Part shown: positions 37,474-50,100 of the stretch, piece by piece
Layout: each line of letters opens with the position of its first letter
Position numbering within the stretch: the first letter of the stretch is position 1
From: Haliotis rubra
Lineage: Eukaryota
Length of the DNA stretch: 64,000 nt
Reading direction: 5' to 3'
NCBI RefSeq assembly: GCF_003918875.1
Contig: NW_025765163.1
Coordinates: 62,001 to 126,000, forward strand
Position numbers and translations under genes: made by a program
Notes under the pieces: generated by a model
What the model was told of the DNA's origin: nothing
Database searches by the model: none
The model's input: the letters and a program-made list of their open reading frames with translations, nothing else

Positions 37474-40033
37474 ATGACGGAGCAATGGTGCTTTGTTGTT
37501 ACAATGGTAAGAAAAATGAATTTAATCACTACAACCAATATAACAACAAAAACACACTGTGATTCTGTCCCCGGATTCTGGTTAGAATATATGTTTCCGG
37601 GTATAGTTCTGATATATCATATTATATGCAGATGTTTTAACACTAATGTGACTCTTATGTTTACATAATAATGTATATTTATGCATTTTTCATTCCAGTG
37701 TTTCAGTTTTGTGTCTGGATTTACTTTGGAACATGGAAGTAAGTATAGCTTCAATGGTCATACGATTGCTGCAAGTAAAAGTTGTACCTCATGATTATTA
37801 TTATGCTATCATTAATAAAGCGGCGATATCCAGCTCAGCTGCTCAAAGGTGCTTTGTTTTCCCTCGATCACTGGATGTCAATGTCAACGACACGTCGTAT
37901 TATCAATCTCAACTCCCTGGGCGCACCGTGTTAGTGTGGCTTTCAAATCCTTACGAGGTACCCATTCAGAGCAGGATGGACTGGGACACATAGTCACAGT
38001 ACTTTGTCAAGTTTACTGCACGTTGCTGTACCCGCAACTAGTTGTTTGCACGTATTCATGTGGCCACCATCTGGTCATATACCAACAGATTCGTGGGTTT
38101 CTTTTAAGTGCACGGGGTTGAGTACTATACACTAGGAGGATTGTGACAACACTGAAAGAGTCTGAACACAAAGTTGACTCCAAGGTTTGTACACCCGGTA
38201 ACAGATTGGCTCGATCCCGTCACCTCAAGCTCGCTGGATCACTAGCCTGGCGCCTTAGCCAGTTCGCCCACCATGCCCCCATAATAACAAGCAAGACATA
38301 CGTCTTCGACATACTTGCATTTCGTAATGAAATGTAGAAACGGTTTTGATTATTTTGTTGTAATGTGGTTGTACTCGGAACAGATAACACGCTAAGGGAG
38401 TGAGTCAGTTTAACGTTAAGGTCACATCTGCAGCACCCAGCCGTATAGCGAGGGACACAATACGTAATAGTATGACTCTATAATGTATGTTTGCAGTATT
38501 GTAATCAACAACTACATTCCGCGTATTAGTATCGCTCTATCTTAGATTTACTTATCCACCGGAGCCATGGGTTCATAGTGGAGTGGTATGTGCAAAGAGT
38601 AAGTTGTTTACTCGTACTCTATGTGCTGTCTGTGGACCACAATAATTGACTGTTCCCAAAAAACAGAGACCGATTGGGGAAAAGGTGCACACTTTTACAA
38701 AAGGCATATATGTATATGCATATGTATTACAGGTGGTTCCTGCAACGAGAGATGTTCCTACTGTCTTGGAACAAAGTGTCGGGAATGTCACTACGGCTGG
38801 TATGGACGACACTGTAATGACAAATGCAGTGAGTATTGCTGGCATGGTGGATGTGAGAGGATAACAGGACGTTGTCACCAGTGTGTTCCTGGAAGACACT
38901 CAGGTGACTGTACCCAACTCTGCTCTCATCACTGCAGGGAGAATAGCAACGGACAGGTCAACTGTGACATAACGACTGGAAACTGTTTGGAGGATTGCGT
39001 GGAAGGAAGGTGGGGTCCACGATGCCAGTATAGATGTCCAGCCAACTGCAAAGTAGAACTTTGCTACAAAGAGGATGGAGGGTGTCTGAGAGGCTGCGTT
39101 GATAGATTTCATGGTTCCATGTGTAAAGATCAGTGCTCCGAAGGTTGTTTGAACTCCACATGCCAATGGTTCACTGCCAAATGTACACATGGATGTAAAA
39201 CAGGTTATACTGGCTCAAAATGTTCCAATCCACGCACAAGACACTGTATGGATCCTGAATCCTATTACATAGACGAACAGTCATTGGTGTGTGAAGGTGG
39301 ATGTAAGCCTGGTTGGACCGCGGCACACTGTGAAGACACTTGCCGGGAGAGGTGTGAGACATGTCACCAGTTTGACAAAACATGCCAGCAGTGTCAGCCC
39401 GGTTTTTATGGAGAAGCATGTCAACTTGAATGTGGCATGAACTGCAATCAAACACACTGTGACATGTCAGGTCGATGTGACAAAGGCTGTATGGGTGGCT
39501 TCCGCGGGGAATATTGCAACGAAACCTGTCCGTTCAACTGTTTAACGTGCAGTCAATGGCAAAGTACATGTACATTCTGTAAACAAGGCTATACCGGTGA
39601 CCAGTGCCTTGAGACCACCATTCCTGAAGTTGACCCCGCTACAGGTACTTTTCCTATTGATCATCAGTCATGATAAAAGGCATTATATATTCTTTGGTTT
39701 AGCAGTCATGTGGCCTGTCCCACAAATGTAACGTATACTATGCATTAACAACTTATATGTTTACTTCATCACATTGACAAGACCAGTTAGATTATGTCTA
39801 TGTAATTTGATACCACTGACTTTTTAGATCACAGGTTCAATGTGCTATGAAATGAAGTGAAATCTGAGATAAATAAGGTTTGATATCTTTGACATATAAA
39901 TGGCCAGACTAACCAACATCGATACTGCTAACTGATACTTTTGGTTGTTGTTTCAGACGAGGGCGTGCACATACTGCCGAACATCCAGACAGCTTTGCTC
40001 CTTGTTTCTGTAGCTCGTATTATCAAAACCTGA
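37474..40033 (+). CDS. Gene F: tandem duplicate of E, about 353 aa; exons 37474-37506, 37699-37738, 38733-39644, 39957-40033
   Basis: Same exon lengths as E. Terminal exon DEGVHILPNIQTALLLVSVARIIKT*. The acceptor before the ATG exon reads ttttctg instead of ttttcag. Confidence 0.88.
37796..38280 (-). mobile_element. Family-4 SINE inserted in a gene F intron (absent from E)
   Basis: Homologous to 19690-20250. E has the uninterrupted site tacctcatgataacatgcaagacatac at about 33151-33177. Confidence 0.8.
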
Positions 40034-41180
40034 AACATTAGAACTTGTGTGCTTTGGAGTTCAGAATAGTACTTATCAGGGCGATCCTCAAGTATGAAAC
40101 TCAGGGCAGCTAGAAGACATTGTCGGAATTACCTCTCTCACCGGAGAATAGTGTGGAACCAAGACTGTGAACATTGTGGACAGGAAGTTGGAGTTCCACC
40201 CTTAACTGCTGCGCTTCGTATTGGAGCAGACGACAGAGTTTCCTGGTTCTTGTAAATGGAAACCCAAGACAATGAAATGCAAAGCAATGACAATGAAATG
40301 ACAATGACAATACAATTCAACTGACAATACAAGTAAAATTGCAAACAAATAGAAGTGACACAAGTGATGCCATCCGTTGTGAAGCCAATATCAGCTTGTG
40401 TCACTCTGCAAATTTCGTTGTATTGAACTCTCTTTAACACTGAATTAATTTTTGAATTAATAAAGTTAATGATTTGACCGATAGGGCAGCCTAGTGGTCA
40501 TCACGTCGTATTCCCGGGTTCCATTCTACGCATGTGAAGTTCTGTTGTGCCCCGTGGTAATATTTCTAGAAAACTAAAAAGAGCGGCGCAAAAATGTATT
40601 CACTTACAAACGTTAACTTAACTATGTACTAGTTTAAAGTCATATGGAATTTCGTGTTGCGATATCGAATAAAATATCTGTACCAATGAAAAAATGTTTA
40701 ATTCTCAATTCCAGCTGATTATGTTCAATGCAGCTCCAACACGTAATATGATAAAGCGAATATATAACTGGCATTTACATTATTGACACACATTGTTTAG
40801 TTAATTCTTGCTTTGTCAAATGCGTAAAAACAAATTCAGCAACCTTAGCAAGTGACAACCCATCTCTGTTTGGGTATTTTTTTCTTGTAGTTGTTGCTTA
40901 AAGTCGTAATCAGCAATATCCCAGATATATCACAGCAATATTATTATATATAAGCGACATTCTGGACCAAACAACCATGTGACTGACCCCTTGAGCGTGG
41001 ATATTTGCAACTGAGATACAATGATATGCTTGTAACAAGTCATCTAGATCGACCACCCGATCCCGTTAGTCACCTCTTAAGACAAACACGGGTTGCTGAA
41101 GACCAATTCGCACCCGCATCTTTGGTCAGTAACACATGAATACAAAACAGTTGTGTAGGAATGATAAACGTTGCTACAAC

Positions 41181-41430
41181 GGGTCTAGGACAATTGCCAA
41201 ACATTACAAGTTGATCAAAGTCAGAATATCAAACTACCCCAAAACATTTACTTTTTCAACATCTAAAGTTGTGTTTATTGACAACCTGCATTCATTTTTT
41301 CAAATATAATTACATACAATTCTGGGTGGCAATTGTCCTCACTATTATAGTGAAAATAACTGGGAGGCAATTGTTCTAGGTAGCAATTGTCCTAGGTGCC
41401 AGTTGTCCGGGTGGCAAATGTCCTACTCCC
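41181..41430. mobile_element. 250-bp MITE with 8-bp TSD and subterminal ggcaattgtcct repeats
   Basis: TIR gggtctaggacaattgcca / tggcaaatgtcctactccc; flanks gctacaac and gttagaac. Empty site gttacaac in the E copy at about 35770. Confidence 0.8.
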
Positions 41431-42327
41431 GTTAGAACTATGTTTCTTAGCGATTGTGAAAATACCTAATGTAATGACGTCTGCCAAATGTGAACTGCAC
41501 AGACATCAGAAACACATCACCAGTGTACAATACTGTGAAAAGATCAACAGATGTCGCTGCTGATGTTGAACTATGTGAGAGCTGCACCATTCACTGATGA
41601 TACTGACGAGACACACAGACACACATCGGAAGATTGGTGGTTCGATTCCTGGCCGCTGCAAACAAAACTACGGTAGTTGTTGTTACCGTGCCTGGCGCTG
41701 GCATTAGGGGCTAAAACTGAGTGGGGTATCCAAGCGCGATACCACAGTAAGACATGCATTAGTTCAGACATACTCATGCACGGACGCACTGACACAGGGA
41801 TACAGAGTAAATGGAATGTTTCAATGGGGCTTTATAATTATTACTTTCAAATAGTACTTTTTAATCGGGGTTTTTGGAAGTTTTAAAGTAAGGTTATTGA
41901 TCGCGATGGACACACGGCATACACTCAACTCTTATGGACTCGGTGTTCTAAATTGGACGTGTCGTTTACCACGCATTGTTTACATTCATTTACACTATTA
42001 ATTCAATACTTCCCTAATGCAAGTATTTCCCTCTTCCACACAAAAGTTTCTACTTATAACAGTGAGGCAGCTTTACGGGTAGGATAAACATGCCGTGAGT
42101 ATAGTTAATTTCATAAAGAATACATTGTTTAAATCAAATGTAAACGGAAACATGACATATATTTCATTTCAAATTTATGTTTTAAGTCATCAACTGTTTG
42201 GACATTATACCGGAAGAATTTCCCCGTTGACTGTAGTCTGAGGTTAAAGTACATTTTTTCACATGTGTCTGTCGGTCATTTACAGTTACACGTGAATTTT
42301 GTAGCTGGAGAAGTCCTTCTCATAGAC

Positions 42328-44578
42328 ATGTGGAATGTTTACAGCGGACCGACTTTTCTGATACTCCTCATCAGTGGATATATCGGTGGTAAGTGAAGGG
42401 GTTGCAACATTCGTGTTGAAGATTTAGAAGTTTATAAGCGATCGGGTATACATTTGAAACTGATTGTAACCCATTCATTCAAATTGATACAAGACCACAA
42501 AAAGTAAATTGTTTCCAGAAAATGGGCTTGTTTACAGTCATTCTCGATTGTAATCAGTAGGCCAAATGTGAGGTCTTTGCAACTGTAACCAGTTTTACTG
42601 AAGTTGTATGACTTTTTAATTACAGAGGCCTCTGATGAATGTAGTTATGTACAGCGGTGTAAAGACGAGGTCTGTGATGGAGCTGGCTGCACAAAGGGCT
42701 GCAAGGATGGTTACTACGGCCCCAGTGTAGATATAACTGCACTGGTAACTGCATGAACAATCGCTGCAATGAGTCTGCATTTGGTGGAGCATCTTGTATA
42801 GATGGATGCAAAGACGGCTTTTGGGGTGAGAAATGCACCTCTAAGTGTCCCCACGTTTGTAAGCGATGCAACAATGACGCTTCATGCAGCGAATGTGACG
42901 GCTTCCATTACGGACCCATGTGTACGGCAGACTGCAGGGGAACATGTTCTGTGTCTGGTTGCCACAGCAACGGGACATGCAGGCAAGGCAATCACACGAT
43001 GTCTCCATGTGGCTCTAACTGCATCTTCTGTAACGTCTCCAGTGGCATCTGCACGCGCTGCAGAAGAACCTACGCTGGGGAGAAATGCGACGTATATTGC
43101 GGAAACTGTGCCGGAAGTTGTTCTGTTGATGGATGTTTAGAAGGATGCTCACCAGGTCACCGGGGACCGTACTGTGAAGATAGCTGCAGCGAAAGGTGTT
43201 CTGGGAATATCTGTGATCAGGAATCCGGGGAATGTTTGAAAGGGTGTCACAATGGATATCACGATCCCGATTGTTCCAAAATATGCCCAAGTCGTTGTAT
43301 ACGGGATATCTGTCATCAACGTTCAGGACAATGCAAACACGGCTGCCAGAATGGACATTACGGACCCTCGTGTAAACGGATTTGTGAAAACTGTTTTGAT
43401 GAGACATGCAATCGCAGCACCGGCCGATGTGTGTACGGATGCAGTGACGGGAGGTATGGGCTGGACTGTAACCAAGAATGCAGCCAGCTGTGTCAGTCTG
43501 GGAGATGCCGGAGGGAAGATGGGGCGTGTTTGATAGGGGACGGCATCAGTAAGTTCATTTGTGTATATTATTGTAATAATTGTGCTTGTATTAACATATT
43601 ATCAGGGAATGTAATAGACAACTGTAGATGACAAAATGAAAGTATCCAGGACACACAGATGATGAACGCTGTATGTTTCTACGTTTCTCCCCAATTAGCA
43701 ACCGCGACATGTCATCATCTTCTACTCGTATTTTCGTAAATGTAGGTTTCAATTTCAGATTTAAATTCAAAAACGAGATCTAACTATAGGTTTTCCTTTT
43801 GCAGATTCTACCCCAAAACCATCCTTGGGAAAAGAAGCAGTCCGTACCAATGTGTATTTAATACTCGCCTCAGTGGGGATATTCTTGCTATGTGTAGTGG
43901 CAGCGGGGATACTGATGATAAGGTACATGATAATAGGAGTGGACAACACTATGAGAAGATGATTTCCACTTTGTTAATGACCTGTTATTAAACAATACTA
44001 TTATCAAATGGAAAAAGTTCGCAAATGATTCTGATAAAAGCATTGATCGTCTCTATTGTAACAATTCCGTGTTTGTCAAGTGGGGACCTAACGGAACACT
44101 TTACTGTTATTCCTATTGCAACAGGTTCTGCCGATCTCCCTGTCTGACGAGACTGAACAGGACCAATCCTCCACCGTCAAGAGGATCACTACCAGGCCCC
44201 CCACCTCTACAGCCCAGCAGCAACATGTACAGTGTAATATACGAAGACCAAATGGACTCAAGTGCCCAGTCCCTGAGAAGTAACACCTTAACTCGGCCTG
44301 CCCTTGTGCTTCCCATGTCGAACATTGTGTCCCCGTCTAAAGACGAGCCAGAGGAGTGCGTGTTCTCAACCCCTGGGGAGGTTCTCCAAATACCCTCGTC
44401 TTCTGACAAACCGGCATCGGAATATCCTGAACAACCCAACCTCTGTGCGTCTCCAGAACCTGACAGTTCCACCTACGAAAGTCTCTCTAGTGGGCCCCAC
44501 AGCCCACACAAACAGAGAACTGTTCCTCGTTCCTATATCACTCCGGTCTCTGATGACCATCAACCTCAGCTGTCATAA
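42328..44578 (+). CDS. Gene G: type I membrane multi-EGF receptor with Pro/Ser-rich Tyr-motif tail; exons 42328-42388, 42626-43548, 43805-43922, 44125-44578; one -1 frameshift at about 42720-42723 (assembly error or null allele)
   Basis: Signal MWNVYSGPTFLILLISGYIG. The EGF exon reads through if one C is added (ggc ccc [c]ag tgt = GPQC). TM VYLILASVGIFLLCVVAAGILMI. Tail carries NMYSVI, STYESL and SYITPV. Confidence 0.85.
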
Positions 44579-46688
44579 AACTGTGTTATTGAGAAATGTC
44601 CAAGCTAAATCACCACTACCCGTAAATGACAGTGTCAAGAGCAGAGATATCAGTGACTTTATTATGAGCAACGGCTCTCACTTTGTACTTGTCTTCTGCC
44701 GACCACATGGCTGATTTTGACATACAGTGTCAACACATGAGCAACAAGTAGTCGATAGATCATTTTTATAAGTTTTATATTTTACAAATAGTGATAATTT
44801 AATCAATAGGCAAGCTTATCTAATGTGAAGTGAAATTGGAAACCGGAACTGACTTCCTTGATGATTTTGATGTAAATAACTTTACATTATAAATGAAACA
44901 CATTTGTGAAGAATCTTTCAACTTCAGTGGGGAATAAGTAGAGTGAGGTTTAACACTGCTTGAATCAGTGGTCCAGTTAAATAACCGCGTGTCAGTTTAA
45001 TATAAGAGGTAAGGTCTGGAGCATGTCAGTCTCAGACGTGTACCACTTTGGTCTGCTCTAGAAAGCAGTATTTGTACCCACGATCTTGGGTTTCTGAGGT
45101 GAATAAGGGACGCAACTCTGCAGCGCCTCAAACACAAGGGCAAGACCCTACTCGTTCCCCCAAAGTAATTATGGAAGGTATGGTAGACTATCATTTTGAA
45201 CATAGTTACTGAATCATCTCTCTTCCCTGGAAGTTCTACAAAAAGCTGGCTTCTTTCCTGAACTAGACTTACCAATATGCACCATAATGTCAACCTTAAA
45301 CAATCTGTTTTTCTCCGAGTATTTCATTTTTCCTGATGGTGTCAGACAGGTTGAATACCTTTCCCCCCTCCATCGTTTTATGAATATATGCTGCACTTTA
45401 ACCCGCAGATTCATAAAACTATTTGGAAATAGAACTGGATCGAAATGGAAGATTGATACACGATGAATATACTGTCCAAAAATGGAACTAAAGCCATGTA
45501 TAGTCTGCTTAAGTCCTCAAGTATCTGATACATTACAGCATATCTGACACATATATATTTATGTATCAGACAACTGCTGGCATTTTTAAACCCATCGGTG
45601 TGTTCAACACAACGGCTTTTCTCAATCACCATTTTCATCACAAATGCGAACTAAGGAGTATTTACATGATCTGCCTTTGTTTCAAAATACCCATTTCTTT
45701 CTGGATCTTTCATTTAATCCTGTATAAAGAACTACCATGTGTTAATTACCTCTTGGAACAGACATATTTAATCACCAGAAAAACCATCGAGGGTAACTTT
45801 TAAATGAGATGATTTCGTTTGAAAGTGAAACTCTCCTAAGGCAACGATATGTTCTCCTTTAATAGCAAATATGTTAAGTGTTAAACTTTTGACTACCAGT
45901 GTTAGACAATTGACAAACCCTAATTATGTAAATAATCCAGTTAGCAGAAACAATGTGACTTTATTTTATTTTCACGACTGTTGAGTTGCAACGGTTTTGT
46001 ACATAATGGAAATTGTATATTTTAACAACATGATGTTTGTAGAATACGTGAGTAAACTTAAGGTTGGTTTCAGGAAACTGTCCATGCGATAGTTGACGTT
46101 CATCATCATTATCAGCACCATCACCATCATTATTATCATTGCAGTTATGATAAGTTTGTATGAAACCGAAATAAAAACAATGTTTAATAAAAACAACACA
46201 TAAAGATTTCCGCAAATATCGCCATATGTACATATCGCCTAATAAGGAACAAGGAGACGGTCTCTCAGGTCTCTCCAGTTCACCCTTTCATACACACAAG
46301 TAAACAGGTAAAACACTTCCTTGTCTTGGCGACAACATATGCAGTGTTGTATTCAGCCCCTACTTGTTCCCGGGGAATGACACATTATTCACCCCAACAG
46401 TGATATGGAAAGCATGCACCCTGAACCCTCACAGTGTACAGAATACTGTCACTTGCTGAGCTCTTATCACGTAGCCACATGACCTAGCTATGTACATTAA
46501 TCACGTATACAGTGCATGCCATGGTGTCGGGTAACTTCACTTGACTTCGTGCCCTTAGTACTGACTGTTAAGAGAAACAGATATAGAATGATGGTATGGT
46601 ATGGACAGTACAAACTACACCTTCAATGAAAATTAGTATTATGATACTAGTCTTTTAATGCTAGTCTTTTAATTGTTTAGTCGATGCA

Positions 46689-46916
46689 GACCCGTGAAGA
46701 TCCGTATTATATTGGCCTTCAGTAACGCTTGTCGTAAGAGGCGTCTACCGGGATCTGGTGGTCAGGCCCGTTGACTTGGTTGACACATGTTATCATATCC
46801 CAATTGCGTAGATCGATGCTCATGCTGTTGATCTCTGGATCGTCTGGTACAGACTCGATTATTAACAGACATATAGCTGGAAAATGGCTGAATGCGGCGT
46901 AAAACTCACTCACTCA
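46689..46916 (+). mobile_element. Family-1 retroposon with 12-bp TSD
   Basis: TSD ttagtcgat(g/a)ca. The 160 bp upstream plus the element head are duplicated at 48198-48481. Confidence 0.85.
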
Positions 46917-47041
46917 TTAGTCGATACAATAAGGCGTTAAAAGATGGGACATGTTGATACCCAGCCTGGCAAATGGCACAAACTGCACTGGATGGTACAA
47001 GGAGCGGTTGGCTGTGTGAATTAGTGTGAAGTATGATAAAA

Positions 47042-47045
<4 letters not shown>

Positions 47046-47095
<50 letters not shown>
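47046..47095. repeat. (CT)n microsatellite
   Basis: Seen directly. (GAGT)n also occurs at about 49073-49108. Confidence 0.95.
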
Positions 47096-47108
<13 letters not shown>

Positions 47109-50100
47109 AATCTGGTAACGGTTAGGGTTAGATAACCATTGAAGCAAATCGTCAGGTTTAGCAGTCTAACATGGAATGATTGAAAAAGGAACAAGTATGT
47201 TAACAACAAAATGCCCTTGACTGCAACAAAATATTTAAGAATAATGTTTCTATTTCCTTAGAAATTGTCTTGTTGTTGTTGATCAAATGTTTCCTAACTA
47301 TAAATCACACAGTCCACGATGCAGCTGCATAACACCATGCCACATCATATCTGTATCTCATCTCATGAGATGTGACGAACAGTATTAGCGAGATAAATGA
47401 ATTACACGCTACTTTTACCAATACGATCCTGCGTTGTATCAGCGTGTTATCACCATGATGCGCGGAGACTGACATAACTGTATCATGTAATGCATAGGGC
47501 TAGCGATGAATAGATAAATACGTCAGTGAACCTGCTATCACGATCCGATAAATGAGGTCACATACTTTCAATCTCCTTATATGGATTATTTTTTTTCTTG
47601 TTGAATAAACTGTTGACTAACGCTCCGGATAAGTTTTGAGTTGGCTATACCGAGGTGTGGGTGGACTTGTGTAGGCAAACGCTACTGCAACTTACTTGAC
47701 GTTATGTATATGTCTCCATTTGCGAAATATAAATTACTTCACTGACAAATTTTAACATAAGTAATTAATCCAAATACATGATTTATCAATCTCTTTACAC
47801 TTTAATCATATAAAAGATGAGAAAGAGACATGTACCAGACTTATGGTATTGTATCTGAAAGAGCTACATAGTTTTTCAAATGGAAAACAGCTTGATATGT
47901 TATGTAATATCCTGTCTTGTGAAGGTTGATATGATATGTCCTCCTATAATATATTGGTTGATATGATTTGTGCTCCTTTTGCATATTATAGGGGGCTACA
48001 AATTAAGGAGGTGAGGTAAGGTGAAATGGGATTTAACGTCGCATTTAAAATTTGTTTCGCTCAAATGAGGACGTGTGACTAGCCCAGACTTAACTGGTTT
48101 TATAGTGCTAGCTCACTGAGCTGCCGCAGTTAAGCATGAATACCCCACTCAAGACACATTATACTCCGGACCAACAAGTACCATATTTTCACGTCTGGGT
48201 AACTTCACTTGACTTTGTGCACTTAGTACTGCTAAGAGAAACACCTATAGACTAGCATAGAGTGATGGTATGGTATGGACAGTACAAACAACACCTTGAA
48301 TGAAAATCAGCATTATAATGCTATTCTGTTAATACTAGAATTTGAATTGTTTAGTCGATACAGACCCGTGAAGATCCAGGTTAGAATTGATCTTCAGCAA
48401 CCCATGTCGTAAGAGGCGACTAACAGGATCGGGTGGTCAGGCTCGCTGACTTGGTTGACACATGTCATCGTATCCCAATTGCCACAAATTAAGGAGGTGA
48501 GGTGAGGTGAGGTGAAATGGGGTTTAACGTCGCATTTAAAATTCTTTCGCTCATATGACGGTCGACGTGCATGCATGTGTGTGTGTGGCTGCATGTACTA
48601 GCCCAGATTTAACGTAAGCATGACCAACACTCCGGACCAACAAGTACCATATTTTAACGTCTTTTGGTATGACGCGACCGAGGATCGAAAGCGTGACCTC
48701 CCGCTCTCCGGGCGGACGCTCTAACCACTAGAGCACGGAGGCTTCCAAAAAATGAAGGGATTATCAAGATTGTTACACATGGCAATGGTACACATGCCAA
48801 TAGAGAATAAAGTTACATATATTAGGGCTAATGTTTTGTGTATCTTTATCATTTAACTGTTAATGAACTGATGGTATCCAACTTGAAATGGATAAAACCT
48901 TGTACATGTAATTTGTAAGCTAGTGAAAGCAAAACTGTTTAACGACCCGTCCTCTTGAGTGGTGCTTTCATTAGTAGAGTGTATTTATCTTGCACCCAGT
49001 ACACAGCGACTAAAGGGGAGTAACTCCTCAACTTAAACGTTACATACTGGAGAAGCCAACAAGAACACTCCTGAGTGAGTGAGTGAGTGAGTGAGTGAGT
49101 GAGTGAGTGTGGTTTAATCGATGCTTCCAACACCATGTCATTTAATGACTAGCTTAATACGATGTACAACATGCTCATTGACCATTTCGCCATATTATGT
49201 AACATTCTTTACATTCTTATCATGCATAATCTGTATACCGAAATGTAACTGAGCAGTTTACCTTTGCGACATTCGCATTTGTAAATAGTTGGAAAGTTTC
49301 AAGCCCCTTAAGTATTAAGTAAGAGAGAACTTTTAAGTTCAGTCTAAGTTCAGATATGAAAAATATTTTCCACTTGACACGGAAATTTTGTTGAAGACAC
49401 AGACCATGATATCTTGACTGCACACAAATTTCAATAAGTCTCGTAATACTATTTTCCTTTCACAGGTTTCCATACCAACACTGCAACAATGGGGCTAAGG
49501 CTGACGTACTGTTTTGGTATCTACTTCAGCTCATCGGACGAGTCGAATATTTTCGTTGATCCTATCAACTTATCTTTGCAGTAGGTGTAGACATATGTTA
49601 GGTAAACCTTTGTTCTAATAACCTGGTGACGGCGAATAGCCCACACTGCACGAAATAGTGCATTTCCATGTGTTCCCGCGTGTTTGGAATTTGTTGGATT
49701 CTATGCCCATAGGCGACATAACCTATGTAAAATGATATGGGCATGTGCAGCTATATCTTTATGTGTGAGATGTTTGGAATGTTTGGTCATTTAATCAAGT
49801 ATTTCCATTTATTTATAATGGTTCTTGAACATAACGGAATGAGTGAATTTAATGCGATGCGTTTTATACAAGTCTGAAATTAATGGAAATATAAAAGACT
49901 ATTTTTGGCTGTTTCAATAGGCTTTGAAAGTGATGGAAATTACAGGAGAATTGACACATATTACAAACTTGACGAAATGGCATTGGGAATATTTGTCTGT
50001 CATATAATATCTCTTGAGTTCAAGACATTTGAAATATATTGGGCATAGCGTAATATTATTGGCAGTGTTTGAGTACATTGTATCCTGATATCAAACCCCA

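Noticed and set aside
44990-45650. Chain of short minus-strand ORFs as a pseudogene
   Set aside because: No motif I can recognise with confidence and many stops.
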